From a virus (Duplodnaviria > Caudoviricetes): a stretch of DNA of 64,000 nucleotides. The DNA lies in the IMG/VR virus record IMGVR_UViG_3300021400_000034, positions 64,001 through 128,000 of that record; one strand, 5' to 3'. Below the pieces are notes generated by a model. It searched no databases. It worked only from the letters and a program-made list of their open reading frames with translations, and was not told where the DNA came from. Made by a program: the position numbers and the translations under genes. This document shows positions 47,693 to 57,042 of this stretch, in pieces (position 1 is the stretch's first letter; every line of letters begins with the position of its first letter).

Positions 47693-48661
47693 TCACCAGA
47701 GACGGAAACGACTTCTACTGCGTCTACCATAGGATTTCTCACCTCCGAGATAGACAGAGTCCCATTCCTTCACGACGTCTCTCTCGAACAGGTTATCCAG
47801 GTAGCTGCCCTTGAATGCGCTATTTCCAGCATAGCTCACAGGTGTCAGCTTCTCTCTGGCGAGCTTCTCTGGATCGAACTTGTACTCGACCCACTTTCCT
47901 TGTCTGTTTCCTTCCTCTACGTCTTTCTTGAGCTTGTTGAAGCCTTCATCCGTTAGATAGTAGAAGTACTTGTGTCTTCCTCCGCCTGGCTCGCAGAGAA
48001 CAATGTGATTTCCCTGAGTCGCTTTGATCGCCGCAGCCTTCTCTTCTCCAGTGTCTTCTAGCTCATCCGTCTGACCGAACTTGTTTAGCTTCAGATAAGG
48101 GAACTTGCTCATCAGCTCTTCGCACTTCGCGAGCCAGATGCCGTGATGACCGTCTTTGCCCATCGACCTCGTCAGAGCGTTCCACCATCTTCTGCTTCTC
48201 GCCATGCCGTAGGCGTTAGCTCCTCTGATGTCTTCTCGGTCGATCTGTTGGTACGCCCACTGGTGAACCATCTCGTGAACTAAGACGTTTCTGAACGTCT
48301 GATAGTTTCGAACGTCTTCGTTTACTCGTATAGCCGAGCAGAATACCTCGTTCTTTCTAGGGTCATAGTCTGACGTGCACTTTCCAAGCGATCCAGACTT
48401 GCTCGGCATAAAGAAGCGTGGTTCTTTCAGCGTCCCTTCGAAGTACTTCTTGTTGAATATGCTCCACTGAACTTTGATGAATCCTGTGCTGACGTCGACT
48501 GGAGCTGCAGGATCAAGCTCTTTAGGTCCCCTAGGATTCTCTGATGAAGATGATGCAGCTTCAGCCTTTCTCTTCTCGCGACGATCCTTAGCTCTCGCTC
48601 TTCTCGCTTCTCTCTGCTCGGGAGTCAATTCTCGCTCAAGAATCATGTCTAGAAGGCTCAT
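47693..48661 (-). CDS. SprT-like zinc metalloprotease
   Basis: FNKKYFEGTL...VLVHEMVHQW (HExxH)...GHHGIW; leader MSLLDMILE. Confidence 0.8.
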   Translation of the reverse strand: MSLLDMILERELTPEQREARRARAKDRREKRKAEAASSSSENPRGPKELDPAAPVDVSTGFIKVQWSIFNKKYFEGTLKEPRFFMPSKSGSLGKCTSDYDPRKNEVFCSAIRVNEDVRNYQTFRNVLVHEMVHQWAYQQIDREDIRGANAYGMARSRRWWNALTRSMGKDGHHGIWLAKCEELMSKFPYLKLNKFGQTDELEDTGEEKAAAIKATQGNHIVLCEPGGGRHKYFYYLTDEGFNKLKKDVEEGNRQGKWVEYKFDPEKLAREKLTPVSYAGNSAFKGSYLDNLFERDVVKEWDSVYLGGEKSYGRRSRSRFRLW

Positions 48662-48927
48662 TCTACCACCTCCGGTCCAGCATCACGGTCGACGTAGACG
48701 GCGAGCCATACGCGCTCTTTAGCCGTCTCTAACGGGATGTCCTGATCGAAAGCCTCGAACATGACAGACTCTAGCTGGTCTAGATCGGGGCTGAAGTTCT
48801 CTTCCTCAGCCTTCTTCAAGACAGCTTTGCGCAAGGCGCTGATGTACTCAGCTTCCTTCTCCTCGACCTCGGTCAAGAACTGGACGCCTAGGTTGACCAA
48901 TTTGGTCAAAGATTCAGATAATCTCAT
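48658..48927 (-). CDS. putative head-packaged protein
   Basis: Leader MRLSESLTKLVNLGVQFLTE; TATAAATA at 48966-48973. Confidence 0.65.
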   Translation of the reverse strand: MRLSESLTKLVNLGVQFLTEVEEKEAEYISALRKAVLKKAEEENFSPDLDQLESVMFEAFDQDIPLETAKERVWLAVYVDRDAGPEVVE

Positions 48928-48946
48928 AAAATCTCCACTATAGGGG

Positions 48947-49006
48947 TTTAGAAAAGCTTCTGTTTTATTTATATTGTCTATGTAACCTCAACAAAAGGAC
49001 CAAACT
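48947..49006. promoter_or_regulatory. early promoter and conserved leader (+) overlapping late promoter (-)
   Basis: TTTAGA-N17-TATATT, TGTAACCTCAACAAAAGGACC; TATAAATA on - strand at 48966-48973. Confidence 0.7.
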
Positions 49007-49435
49007 ATGACCGGTAAAGAAAACATCGACAGATACGTCGAGGCGAGCAAAACGCTGGACAAGCTCTATGACTTGACGTACTGGGTAGCCAACAAGCTCG
49101 GTTCGATATATATCAGCGGCGCAGGATATTACGAGTTCAAGGGTATCGAACGGAAAGGTGACCGGTACGAGATCACGGTCGACTGGACCGTGTCGGGCGA
49201 AACTAATTACGGCGAGACGTTCACGGTTCCTGCAGAGCTGTGCGAGAAGTGCTTCTGCAAAGAGACACGAGACGAAGCGTATGCAGAACTGAAGAAGATC
49301 AAGGACGAGGAACGCCGTATTCGCGAAGCCGAAGAGAAGGCCAAGTTCGAGAAGGCGCAGGCTGAACAAAAAGCCTTTGAGAAGGAACGTCGTCGCAAGC
49401 AATACGAAGAGCTCAAGAAGGAATTCGGAGAATAA
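49007..49435 (+). CDS. early hypothetical protein
   Basis: Behind conserved leader; ends YEELKKEFGE. Confidence 0.75.
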   Translation: MTGKENIDRYVEASKTLDKLYDLTYWVANKLGSIYISGAGYYEFKGIERKGDRYEITVDWTVSGETNYGETFTVPAELCEKCFCKETRDEAYAELKKIKDEERRIREAEEKAKFEKAQAEQKAFEKERRRKQYEELKKEFGE

Positions 49436-49440
49436 TCTCT

Positions 49441-49668
49441 ATGAAGAAACTGCAAAAGTTCGCTAAGAAGATTGAAGAAGAGCTAGATCTCGACGGAGCT
49501 GAAGTCGAGATCATCACTACCTCGCTCGACGGCATACCTCGTGTAAAGGTGACCTGGCGAGGGATCAGCACTGACTTCACTTCGGAGAATATTGACAACT
49601 TCAATGTTGAAGAGTTCCGTGAGGCGCTCGTCGCTGAAGACGTATTCAGGAAAGGACTCGGAATATGA
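49441..49668 (+). CDS. hypothetical protein
   Basis: GGAG RBS. Confidence 0.65.
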   Translation: MKKLQKFAKKIEEELDLDGAEVEIITTSLDGIPRVKVTWRGISTDFTSENIDNFNVEEFREALVAEDVFRKGLGI

Positions 49669-50078
49669 GCGAACAAACGATGTCGAAAGAAGAATTTTCA
49701 GCTATATGCAAAGAGTGTGGACTTGAGGTCGAATATACCAAAATTGGTCCAGGAATGGACAATGTCGTAGCATACGTATCGTCACCTATGCTCAGAGACG
49801 GCAGATCTTCCTTTGCATGGTGGAGCAACTATGTTCTCTCGAACCACGGAATCTTCTATGGATTCTATGAAGCTCTATGGCGAGAGACGAGCACTGGAAA
49901 GTATACGCTGAACGGAAACGATCTAGGAGACTGCTTATCGTATGTCAATGATGAAGACGAACTCCGTGAAGTTTGTCTCAATGCGATTGATGCTTTGAAA
50001 CGACTTGAAAGAGACGAGTCATATCGGCCAAAGCATATAGACTTGAACCGAGGAAAGTATGAGCGAGAAAAAGAATAA
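49665..50078 (+). CDS. hypothetical protein
   Basis: ATGA overlap. Confidence 0.65.
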   Translation: MSEQTMSKEEFSAICKECGLEVEYTKIGPGMDNVVAYVSSPMLRDGRSSFAWWSNYVLSNHGIFYGFYEALWRETSTGKYTLNGNDLGDCLSYVNDEDELREVCLNAIDALKRLERDESYRPKHIDLNRGKYEREKE

Positions 50079-50253
50079 TAAGCTTTCGAAACCTATCTAT
50101 GCGCTGTATGGCGGACAACCTATGAAGCTGCCGCAAGATCTGATCCTGCTAGACTTCGCTTTGCGTGAGCTCAAACACGCAGGATACGATGGAGACCTGT
50201 ACGCGGACGCGAAGTGCAAGCGCTCGCTCGGACCTATGAAGAAATACCTTTAA
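50059..50253 (+). CDS. hypothetical protein
   Basis: GAGG RBS. Confidence 0.55.
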   Translation: MSEKKNNKLSKPIYALYGGQPMKLPQDLILLDFALRELKHAGYDGDLYADAKCKRSLGPMKKYL

Positions 50254-50264
50254 GGAGACAAACA

Positions 50265-50690
50265 ATGACAACACTATCCTATCTTCTCTTACTCGCTCCA
50301 GCCGCTGAAGGACTATGCATCGCGTGCGGACTCATGTCGGGAATTCTCGCTCTCGGCGGAGTCATATACATCATCTACATGTGCGGAGGCTTCAACACAT
50401 ACAACAATGATGAACCGCCAGCTGGAACTAGCAAGAAGTGGCCAGTGATCGCGTTCACGCTGACTATCGTCTTCGCTCTCATGGCTGCGATCATGCCAGA
50501 CCGCAAGACCGTCTACATGGTCGCTGGCGTCGAGACGATCAACCGCTTCTCACAGACTGAAGTCGCTAAGGAGCTCGGCGAGAGCGGAATGAACATCGTG
50601 AGGGACATCACGACGATGATCCACACCTACACGATGGACGCAGTCCGCGAGTCTAAGGCGAAGAACGGAGGCAGCGATGGCAGAAATTGA
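50265..50690 (+). CDS. membrane protein
   Basis: AAGGAG RBS before ATG 50265; TM helices; MPDRKTVYMVAG. Confidence 0.7.
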   Translation: MTTLSYLLLLAPAAEGLCIACGLMSGILALGGVIYIIYMCGGFNTYNNDEPPAGTSKKWPVIAFTLTIVFALMAAIMPDRKTVYMVAGVETINRFSQTEVAKELGESGMNIVRDITTMIHTYTMDAVRESKAKNGGSDGRN

Positions 50691-50767
50691 AAAGATGGGT
50701 TACAAGGTTCAGCTTTGTAAAAATGGCTCTGGCAGACTTGAATCTATCATAGTGAGGTGGTAAACTG

Positions 50768-51100
50768 ATGAGTACATGGAGAATTAAGGAAATCTTCAGT
50801 CCGAAGTACAATATGACGCTGTATATCCCGCAGCAGAAGGGGCTGTTCTTCTATAGCAGCTTCCCCTATAGTGAATACTGCGAATACATCGAGAAGCGGC
50901 ACAATATGACTGGCGAATTCGAGCTGGTCAAAGGGGACGGTCTTGATAATCGTGTCGGCTTCAAGACAGTTGAAGGCGCGAAGCGGATGATCAAGTATTA
51001 CCGAGAATACTGGTGGATTGTCGCCGAACACGAGAAGGCCGAAAAAGAAGCCCGGAAGAAGGGCAAGAAGTTCAAGAGCAGATACATCGTTGTGGACTAA
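50768..51100 (+). CDS. hypothetical protein
   Basis: GAGGTG RBS. Confidence 0.65.
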   Translation: MSTWRIKEIFSPKYNMTLYIPQQKGLFFYSSFPYSEYCEYIEKRHNMTGEFELVKGDGLDNRVGFKTVEGAKRMIKYYREYWWIVAEHEKAEKEARKKGKKFKSRYIVVD

Positions 51101-51127
51101 TGAAGAAACCTAAACACGGAGAAATAT

Positions 51128-52081
51128 ATGACCTCTGACAAAATCCAAGACATCATCGACCAGAACATCCAGCGTAGGCTGTCGAGCCGAGCGAACCTGC
51201 TCTTCTTGAAGCTCTGCATCAGCTCACTCTCTGAGAAGATCTGGATCGCTGGAAACTCTCTGAACGCTGGCGAGTGCCACGACATCGACGTCTTCTTCCC
51301 TAAGAAAGGCTACGGACTCGGAGGCTGGAACGAGGAAGAGATCGACCTAGACGGAATAGAGAACTGCATCGATGAGTACAACAAAGAGTTCTCCGAGAAG
51401 ATGGGCAAATGCGAGATTCTGCACACGAGCCAGAACGCTATCACGGCCGAGTTCAAAGGAGTCAAGTACCAGTTCTGCAAGTACCAGAAAGAGACGATCC
51501 AGGAGCTCGTCGAATCGTTCGACTACGCTCACATTCAGATCGGGTGCGTGGTTGACTTCGAAGAAGATGGAGAAGAGAACGAGCCCAAGGTCGACGAAGT
51601 CTACTGCACTGACGCTTATCTAGAGGCGCTGTTGACGCACCGGACGTGGTACGTGGGTTCTGACTATCCGCTAGGATCGATCTTCAGAGCAGAGAAGTAC
51701 AAGCGCTACGGCGAGATGCACAGCAGCGAGTACAAGAAGTCCGTCGTGAAGGCTCTCACTGACTTGATACGTCGCGGCTACAAGGACTACCAAGACTTCA
51801 AGGACTCGATCGGCGCAATCGATCTGCTGCTCTTCGACCGCTCTACGTCTGACTGCCTCTTCCACTACTTCGAGGCTTGCGCCGAGCGTGGTCTGGTCGC
51901 TTCGATCAAGTCTGGAGATGAGGAGAAGCTGGACCAGTGGCAGTTCGAATCGATGATGAATGATGAAGAGTTCCAAGATCCGAATATCAACCAAGAGAAG
52001 ACTCTAGACCTAGAAGAGCTCTTCGCTCCACCGAAAGAAGAACCTAAAGAAGAATCTAAAACCGAAGAGAAGAAAGAATGA
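51128..52081 (+). CDS. Pol-beta superfamily nucleotidyltransferase-like protein
   Basis: IWIAGNSL...HDIDVFF; QNAIT; SFDYAH; RAEKYKRYG. Confidence 0.65.
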   Translation: MTSDKIQDIIDQNIQRRLSSRANLLFLKLCISSLSEKIWIAGNSLNAGECHDIDVFFPKKGYGLGGWNEEEIDLDGIENCIDEYNKEFSEKMGKCEILHTSQNAITAEFKGVKYQFCKYQKETIQELVESFDYAHIQIGCVVDFEEDGEENEPKVDEVYCTDAYLEALLTHRTWYVGSDYPLGSIFRAEKYKRYGEMHSSEYKKSVVKALTDLIRRGYKDYQDFKDSIGAIDLLLFDRSTSDCLFHYFEACAERGLVASIKSGDEEKLDQWQFESMMNDEEFQDPNINQEKTLDLEELFAPPKEEPKEESKTEEKKE

Positions 52082-52413
52082 AGTTCGATGAAGCCAAAGA
52101 GATCGTAGACGAGTTATGGAAAGATCAACCAGATCTTGTCGTATTCGGAGTGAACGAATTCAACAATCCCACGTTGAGCGTCTCTTACGGGACTAACAAC
52201 AAGCAGTGGTTCAACATGGAGAAAGGTCAACACGGCTGGGACCTCTGGATCGACAACAGGTTCATCACGTACCGCATGTACACGCTCGACATTCGTCTTG
52301 AACCTGTGAAGATGAAGATGAGAAGCATAATGCTCAGCAAGCTTCAACCCGACATGCTCAGATCCTTCTTGATGGGTCAATTAGCGCTAGCTGCTGTTGC
52401 GCAAAGAAAGTAG
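52078..52413 (+). CDS. hypothetical protein (paralog of 53652-53969)
   Basis: MKFDEAK...DQPD...GW...LEPV...FL. Confidence 0.65.
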   Translation: MKFDEAKEIVDELWKDQPDLVVFGVNEFNNPTLSVSYGTNNKQWFNMEKGQHGWDLWIDNRFITYRMYTLDIRLEPVKMKMRSIMLSKLQPDMLRSFLMGQLALAAVAQRK

Positions 52414-52442
52414 ATCAGAGTACGCGTATAGGCTACAATAAT

Positions 52443-52470
52443 AGACCGAGATTGAAGTCTCGGTCTCTTT
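52443..52470. terminator. terminator between convergent genes
   Basis: AGACCGAGA-ttgaag-TCTCGGTCT-CTTT. Confidence 0.7.
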
Positions 52471-52474
52471 ATGT

Positions 52475-53302
52475 TTAGATGAAGTTCTTGATCAGTCCGA
52501 GCTCTTTCGACAGAGTCTTGGATATGTCGTCGAACACAGCAGTGATCTCGCTGTAGTCTTCGAACTTCTCGCCAGTAGCCTGAACAGTGTCGATGAAGTC
52601 TTCGATCTCTTCTACGGCTTCTTGAGCTTCGAAGTTCATAGAGTCGGCCTTCATCTCGCTCTGAAGGTTGAATCTGATGTTCTTTCCGCTAGCCAAGCAG
52701 ACTTCGACGAGCTCATCTGCGAAGTCTCTCAGAGCGTCGTAGATCGCCTCGAAGTGCGTGTGCTGGAATCCGGACTGGCAGCACCAGTGCCAGCAGTGAA
52801 CCTGGTCAGCGAACTGGAGTGACTTTCCAGCCAGCTCATATAGCTCTTCTACGTTAGCCTCTTCGAGATAGCTCTCGTTGATAGCTCTCTTTCCGGATTC
52901 CTTAAGAATCTTCATGGCTTCGTCCATTGACATTTCTTCTTTCATAACTTCCTTCCTATGCTCTCTTAATTTTGTCTTGAGTGAACCGAGATCGTCCACG
53001 AAGAATTTCGTTTCTTGCAGCTTTGACGGATAACCGTAGTAGTGAACTGCATAAATGACGTACTTGTAGCTGAAGTCTCTTATGAATCCGAGCTCGTCTG
53101 GTTTGTCATCGCCTACGTGATTGACTTCCTCCCATGAGCAGAGATTGACAGGGTCTACTCCACGAATTGCCCAGCCTAGACAAGTTAGCTCGAAACCGTC
53201 TCCGTGAAGCTTATTTGATGAGTGAACGGCAGCGACTCCACCGTTGCCCATGCTGTCGACTAGTTTATGTGCTGATTTAAGTGCTGAATCTACAAGACTC
53301 AT
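52475..53302 (-). CDS. two-domain protein with C-terminal Dps/ferritin-like (DUF5856-like) domain
   Basis: QVHCWHW...QHTHFEAIYDALRDFADELVE; internal linker MSMDEAMKILKESGKRAINE; late promoter at 53324-53331. Confidence 0.7.
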   Translation of the reverse strand: MSLVDSALKSAHKLVDSMGNGGVAAVHSSNKLHGDGFELTCLGWAIRGVDPVNLCSWEEVNHVGDDKPDELGFIRDFSYKYVIYAVHYYGYPSKLQETKFFVDDLGSLKTKLREHRKEVMKEEMSMDEAMKILKESGKRAINESYLEEANVEELYELAGKSLQFADQVHCWHWCCQSGFQHTHFEAIYDALRDFADELVEVCLASGKNIRFNLQSEMKADSMNFEAQEAVEEIEDFIDTVQATGEKFEDYSEITAVFDDISKTLSKELGLIKNFI

Positions 53303-53323
53303 TCTCGATTTCCTTATTCTCTT

Positions 53324-53370
53324 TATTTATATCCGCTCGGGTTTACAAAAATATAGAAGTTTCTTATATT
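53324..53370. promoter_or_regulatory. back-to-back late (-) and early (+) promoters
   Basis: TATAAATA (-) 53324-53331; TTTACA-N17-TATATT (+) 53342-53370. Confidence 0.7.
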
Positions 53371-53400
53371 TTCATTGTACAACTCGAAAACGGAGGATCT

Positions 53401-53652
53401 ATGTCCGCTATGAAGTACATTCTCGATAGTGATGTCGATGTTCAAGATCGACTGGGACTGTCGGTTTGTAAAGACCATGTCAAGGTGACTGGAGAATACA
53501 CGTCTGACTCTGTCGCCAAGTTCAAGCTCACCTGGAAGGCTGAGCAGGCTATGAGGAGGGCTCATCGCGGTCGCGTTCCGGTCTTGACTAAGACACACTT
53601 CTACTGCTTTGACGGCAGAGGAACCGCAGAACTAGGAAGAAAGGAGTACTGA
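53401..53652 (+). CDS. hypothetical protein
   Basis: GGAGG RBS before ATG 53401. Confidence 0.65.
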   Translation: MSAMKYILDSDVDVQDRLGLSVCKDHVKVTGEYTSDSVAKFKLTWKAEQAMRRAHRGRVPVLTKTHFYCFDGRGTAELGRKEY

Positions 53653-53969
53653 TGACTTTTGAAGAAGCTAAGCAGACAGCGCTAGACGTGATGAGCGACT
53701 ATCCCGACTGGATCGACGTTACAATTTCATCACAGGAAGGAAAGACGTTCGTCCAGATCATGTATGACAAGTCCCGCAAAGGAAAGCGTGATGAAGATAT
53801 GACGATCTGCGACGAGGGCTGGATAGTCTACAATCAGTGGTACGAGGATCTGAACCTGAAGCCCGTTCGAGGCATTCCTGAGTACTCGGCGCTGATAGGA
53901 ATCGAGCGCGGACATCTATACGAGTTCCTGTGTCGACAGATCGAGATGGTCTCACACATCACATACTAA
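53652..53969 (+). CDS. hypothetical protein (paralog of 52078-52413)
   Basis: MTFEEAK...DYPD...GW...LKPV...FL. Confidence 0.65.
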   Translation: MTFEEAKQTALDVMSDYPDWIDVTISSQEGKTFVQIMYDKSRKGKRDEDMTICDEGWIVYNQWYEDLNLKPVRGIPEYSALIGIERGHLYEFLCRQIEMVSHITY

Positions 53970-53986
53970 AATAAAGGAGACAAAAA

Positions 53987-54394
53987 ATGAAATGGACATA
54001 TAAGTATGAAGCAGAAATGGACACGAATGACGGAGACTATATTTATAAGTCAGGCGAACTTGGTGTCTATGATGACGCTGACATTGAACAGATGAAAGCA
54101 GTACACATGACTATGATGTACTTGAACGCTTATGCAGAGAAGTTTGATGATGGCAATGCAGACGATGATGAAGTAAGAGAGGCATTTGCGGAAAAGTGCA
54201 AGTCTTATGGACTTGAAGAAGCAGACTATAAGAATTTCCACATAGATGGATATCATTACAAACCAAGAGATCCAAACTGCGACAGCAATGCTCACGATCT
54301 GGAATTCTCATTCAAGCGTCTTCCTGCAGATGTCGTAGAACAGAACGTAGATGAGTTCGGCTTGAGACAGTACTACAATGTAAATAGAGGTTAA
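53987..54394 (+). CDS. hypothetical protein
   Basis: AAGGAG RBS. Confidence 0.7.
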   Translation: MKWTYKYEAEMDTNDGDYIYKSGELGVYDDADIEQMKAVHMTMMYLNAYAEKFDDGNADDDEVREAFAEKCKSYGLEEADYKNFHIDGYHYKPRDPNCDSNAHDLEFSFKRLPADVVEQNVDEFGLRQYYNVNRG

Positions 54395-54395
54395 T

Positions 54396-54680
54396 ATGGC
54401 TACCGCAGCAGAAAATGCGAGAAAAGTCCTTAATTCAATCAGATCGAAACTCAAGCTGGATAAGTTTCCTCGTGGAACATTTATCGAAAGTTTTGGTGAG
54501 GATCTCGCATACATCCGATACAACGGTTGTATTGAAGACCGTTTCTCTTCTGGTGAACTGACTGTCGATGAAGCCTATGGACGTGCACAGAAGATAATCG
54601 ACACTTGTGGCGCACCTAAGCTGAACACCTCTGACGATTTCCTTGCTCCAGAAGACCTTCCACCATGCATGTTAGGTTAA
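54396..54680 (+). CDS. hypothetical protein
   Basis: GAGG RBS. Confidence 0.65.
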   Translation: MATAAENARKVLNSIRSKLKLDKFPRGTFIESFGEDLAYIRYNGCIEDRFSSGELTVDEAYGRAQKIIDTCGAPKLNTSDDFLAPEDLPPCMLG

Positions 54681-54694
54681 TCTAGAATTTACGG

Positions 54695-54753
54695 TTTAGA
54701 TTTCTCTCGGATTTACTTATATTTTCTCTGTAACTTCAACAAAGGACCAACTA
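54695..54753 (+). promoter_or_regulatory. early promoter and conserved leader
   Basis: TTTAGA-N17-TATATT; TGTAACTTCAACAAAGGACC. Confidence 0.75.
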
Positions 54754-55932
54754 ATGAGAATTGAGACTAAGTACATACAGTCAGACGCTCTGCGCTGCGG
54801 CATGGATCTCTGCAAGGAGATCAACAAGTTCGGCCATGAAGCTTACGTGGTCGGCGGCTGCGTCCGCGATCTCGTCCGCTGGGGCTTCGGTCAGACTGAC
54901 AAGCCCGAGATCCACGACGTGGACATCGCTACGAACATGCCAATCGATGCGCTGAAGAACTGCTTCCGCACGGAGAGCAACAACGGCGAAGCTCACGGCA
55001 CGATCCTCGTCTTCCACATCTACGGCTATCCGTTCGAAGTGACTCAGTTCCGCAAGGACGGCGCTTACAGCGACGGTCGTCATCCCGACACGGTAGACTT
55101 CACGAGAGACTTCAAGGAAGACGCTGCACGTCGAGACTTTACGATGAATGCTATCGGCATGGACGGTGACGGCAACCTGATCGATCCTTTCGACGGCATT
55201 CACGACATCGACGTCGGCATCGTTCGAGCTGTCGGCGACGCTGACGCACGCTTCAAGGAAGACTCCCTCCGCATCATTCGCGGCATCAGGTTCTCTGTCA
55301 ACTTCGGCTACGAGATCGAAGCTGAGACACAAGCTGCGATGAAGACGAACGCTGCTCTTCTGAACAGTCTCTCTAACGAGAGGGTCCGCAAAGAGATCGC
55401 TGCCGTCAAGAACAAGGACTGCGGCTTCCAGCTCTTCATGAACAAGCTCGGCAAGCTCGACGCGCTGGACAATCATCCTATGTTCGAGTGGATCGACTAC
55501 CACGCTCTTCACGTCGCTGCTCTGCGGTCTAGGGACTTCGGCAAGACTTCTGTCTTCGCTATGATGACTCTCTTCAGCCACCAGAGCGACAGACAAGCTG
55601 AGCTGTGCCTTCTCACGAGAGAAGAGAAGAAGCAAGTGAAGTGGTTCCAGAAGTTCTGGGCTAAGCGCGACGAGATGACGCTGCCTTGGGCAGAGCTCAT
55701 CGAGTTCGTCAAGGGCGACTGGAACACGTTCATCAGCATTCTCGACAATCGAGATCTTCCCGCTTGGGCGAACTACATCCCTCAGGCTATCGCTCTGAGC
55801 AAGATGGAGATCGATCAAGCGGCCATCAGCGGCAAGCTGATGGATGAAGGCTATGAGCCTGGTCCCGTCTTCGGCGACATGGTTCGAGCCGAGATCCAGA
55901 AGATCTACCAACAAGAAGTGGATAAGATGTAA
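54754..55932 (+). CDS. cca: tRNA nucleotidyltransferase (CCA-adding enzyme, class II)
   Basis: VVGGCVRD, DVDIAT, EVTQFR, YSDGRHPD loop, RRDFTMNA, RFKEDSLRIIR, ERV. Confidence 0.9.
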   Translation: MRIETKYIQSDALRCGMDLCKEINKFGHEAYVVGGCVRDLVRWGFGQTDKPEIHDVDIATNMPIDALKNCFRTESNNGEAHGTILVFHIYGYPFEVTQFRKDGAYSDGRHPDTVDFTRDFKEDAARRDFTMNAIGMDGDGNLIDPFDGIHDIDVGIVRAVGDADARFKEDSLRIIRGIRFSVNFGYEIEAETQAAMKTNAALLNSLSNERVRKEIAAVKNKDCGFQLFMNKLGKLDALDNHPMFEWIDYHALHVAALRSRDFGKTSVFAMMTLFSHQSDRQAELCLLTREEKKQVKWFQKFWAKRDEMTLPWAELIEFVKGDWNTFISILDNRDLPAWANYIPQAIALSKMEIDQAAISGKLMDEGYEPGPVFGDMVRAEIQKIYQQEVDKM

Positions 55933-55937
55933 ATAAC

Positions 55938-55978
55938 TTGTTTACAAATTGTTCAGACTTTGTTTAGTCTTTGTTTAG
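55938..55978 (+). repeat. four 8-bp direct repeats at 11-bp period
   Basis: TTGTTTAC, TTGTTCAG, TTGTTTAG, TTGTTTAG at 55938, 55949, 55960, 55971. Confidence 0.65.
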
Positions 55979-55982
55979 GGAC

Positions 55983-56016
55983 AAAAAGAGAGACGGTCTT
56001 CACGGCCGTCTCTTTC
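55983..56016. terminator. bidirectional terminator between convergent genes
   Basis: A-run, AGAGACGGTC-ttcac-GGCCGTCTCT, TT. Confidence 0.7.
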
Positions 56017-56033
56017 TCGTTAGCGGAATTTCA

Positions 56034-56795
56034 TCAGGACTCGTCGTTCTCCTGCTCTTCAAGAAAGCGATCCATCTGCTCAGCGGCTTCCTTCGGCGTG
56101 TAGCCGTCTTTGAAAGCCTGAATGAACTCTCCTCTCCACTCGTCAGTCACATAAGAGTTAGCAGTGACTGGACCGTAGCCGAGCTTTATCATCTCCCTCT
56201 TGCACATGTCCATCCAGTCGCTAGCGTCAGTGTTGCTCTTGTCGACGCGACGACCAGACTCACGGATGATCTCTAGCGCTTCTTCGACTGACATGCTCTC
56301 GTTCTTCTTGCCGAGCAGCTGCTGTCCGATCCGCTCGATGATCTGGTCAGTGTTGAGAGCTCCGTCCTGGACGAGCTTCAAGATGTCGTATCCGCGAGAA
56401 GCCAAGAACTCTTTAGGATCTAGATTCTTGAGACCACATAGAGTCAGAACGACGTGGTCGAACTGAGCCTTCTGGACGCGATCCATAGTCTGGATGCGCT
56501 TGACTGCCTTCTTCTTCTGGAGCGCAGGTGCGCTGTCGACGATCTCGGTAGCGTATCTCTCGAACGACTCGGTCAATCTGTCCCACTTAGAGCAGTTGTC
56601 ACGGATCGAAGAAGCGCAGTCGAACTCGCTCATTCTGTCAGCGTAGAAGTCTCGAATCCAAGACTCCGCATGTTTCATCTTGCTAGGATCGATGACGATT
56701 CCTATAGAGCCTAGAACGTCAAGAACGCGGTTCTTGTAGCTCTTGTAGCTGTCGCCGAAGAATCCTTCGTTGATGCACTCTCCGAATGTTCTCAT
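56034..56795 (-). CDS. putative head-packaged multi-segment protein
   Basis: Leader MRTFGECINE; internal RLTE-S and KKNE-SMSVEEALEIIRESGRR. Confidence 0.7.
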   Translation of the reverse strand: MRTFGECINEGFFGDSYKSYKNRVLDVLGSIGIVIDPSKMKHAESWIRDFYADRMSEFDCASSIRDNCSKWDRLTESFERYATEIVDSAPALQKKKAVKRIQTMDRVQKAQFDHVVLTLCGLKNLDPKEFLASRGYDILKLVQDGALNTDQIIERIGQQLLGKKNESMSVEEALEIIRESGRRVDKSNTDASDWMDMCKREMIKLGYGPVTANSYVTDEWRGEFIQAFKDGYTPKEAAEQMDRFLEEQENDES

Positions 56796-57022
56796 TACTG
56801 ATACTCCCAGTGAAGGTTTCTGATGCCGCCGTCATAGTCGAAAGCGCGGCGGACCGGACGAACCTTCTTCCTCTTGGTCTCTTCGATCTTAGCTCTCACA
56901 GTGCCACGCTTTGCGGGAGCAGCCTTCTTAGGATCAGCCTTCTTCTGAACGGAGTTGAACTCCTTCTCGTACTCTGCGAACATAGCTAGCAGTTCGGGAT
57001 CTTTGATTTCGCTTAAGTCCAT
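56795..57022 (-). CDS. small basic late protein
   Basis: TATAAATA at 57043-57050; GAGG RBS; TAATG coupling. Confidence 0.65.
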   Translation of the reverse strand: MDLSEIKDPELLAMFAEYEKEFNSVQKKADPKKAAPAKRGTVRAKIEETKRKKVRPVRRAFDYDGGIRNLHWEYQ

Positions 57023-57042
57023 GATATTACCTCAGTTTATGT

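Noticed and set aside
54781-55914. 377-aa minus-strand ORF (also 62906-63949, 24713-25501, 2971-3606 and similar)
   Set aside because: Antisense shadows of strongly codon-biased plus-strand genes; no RBS and no recognisable motifs
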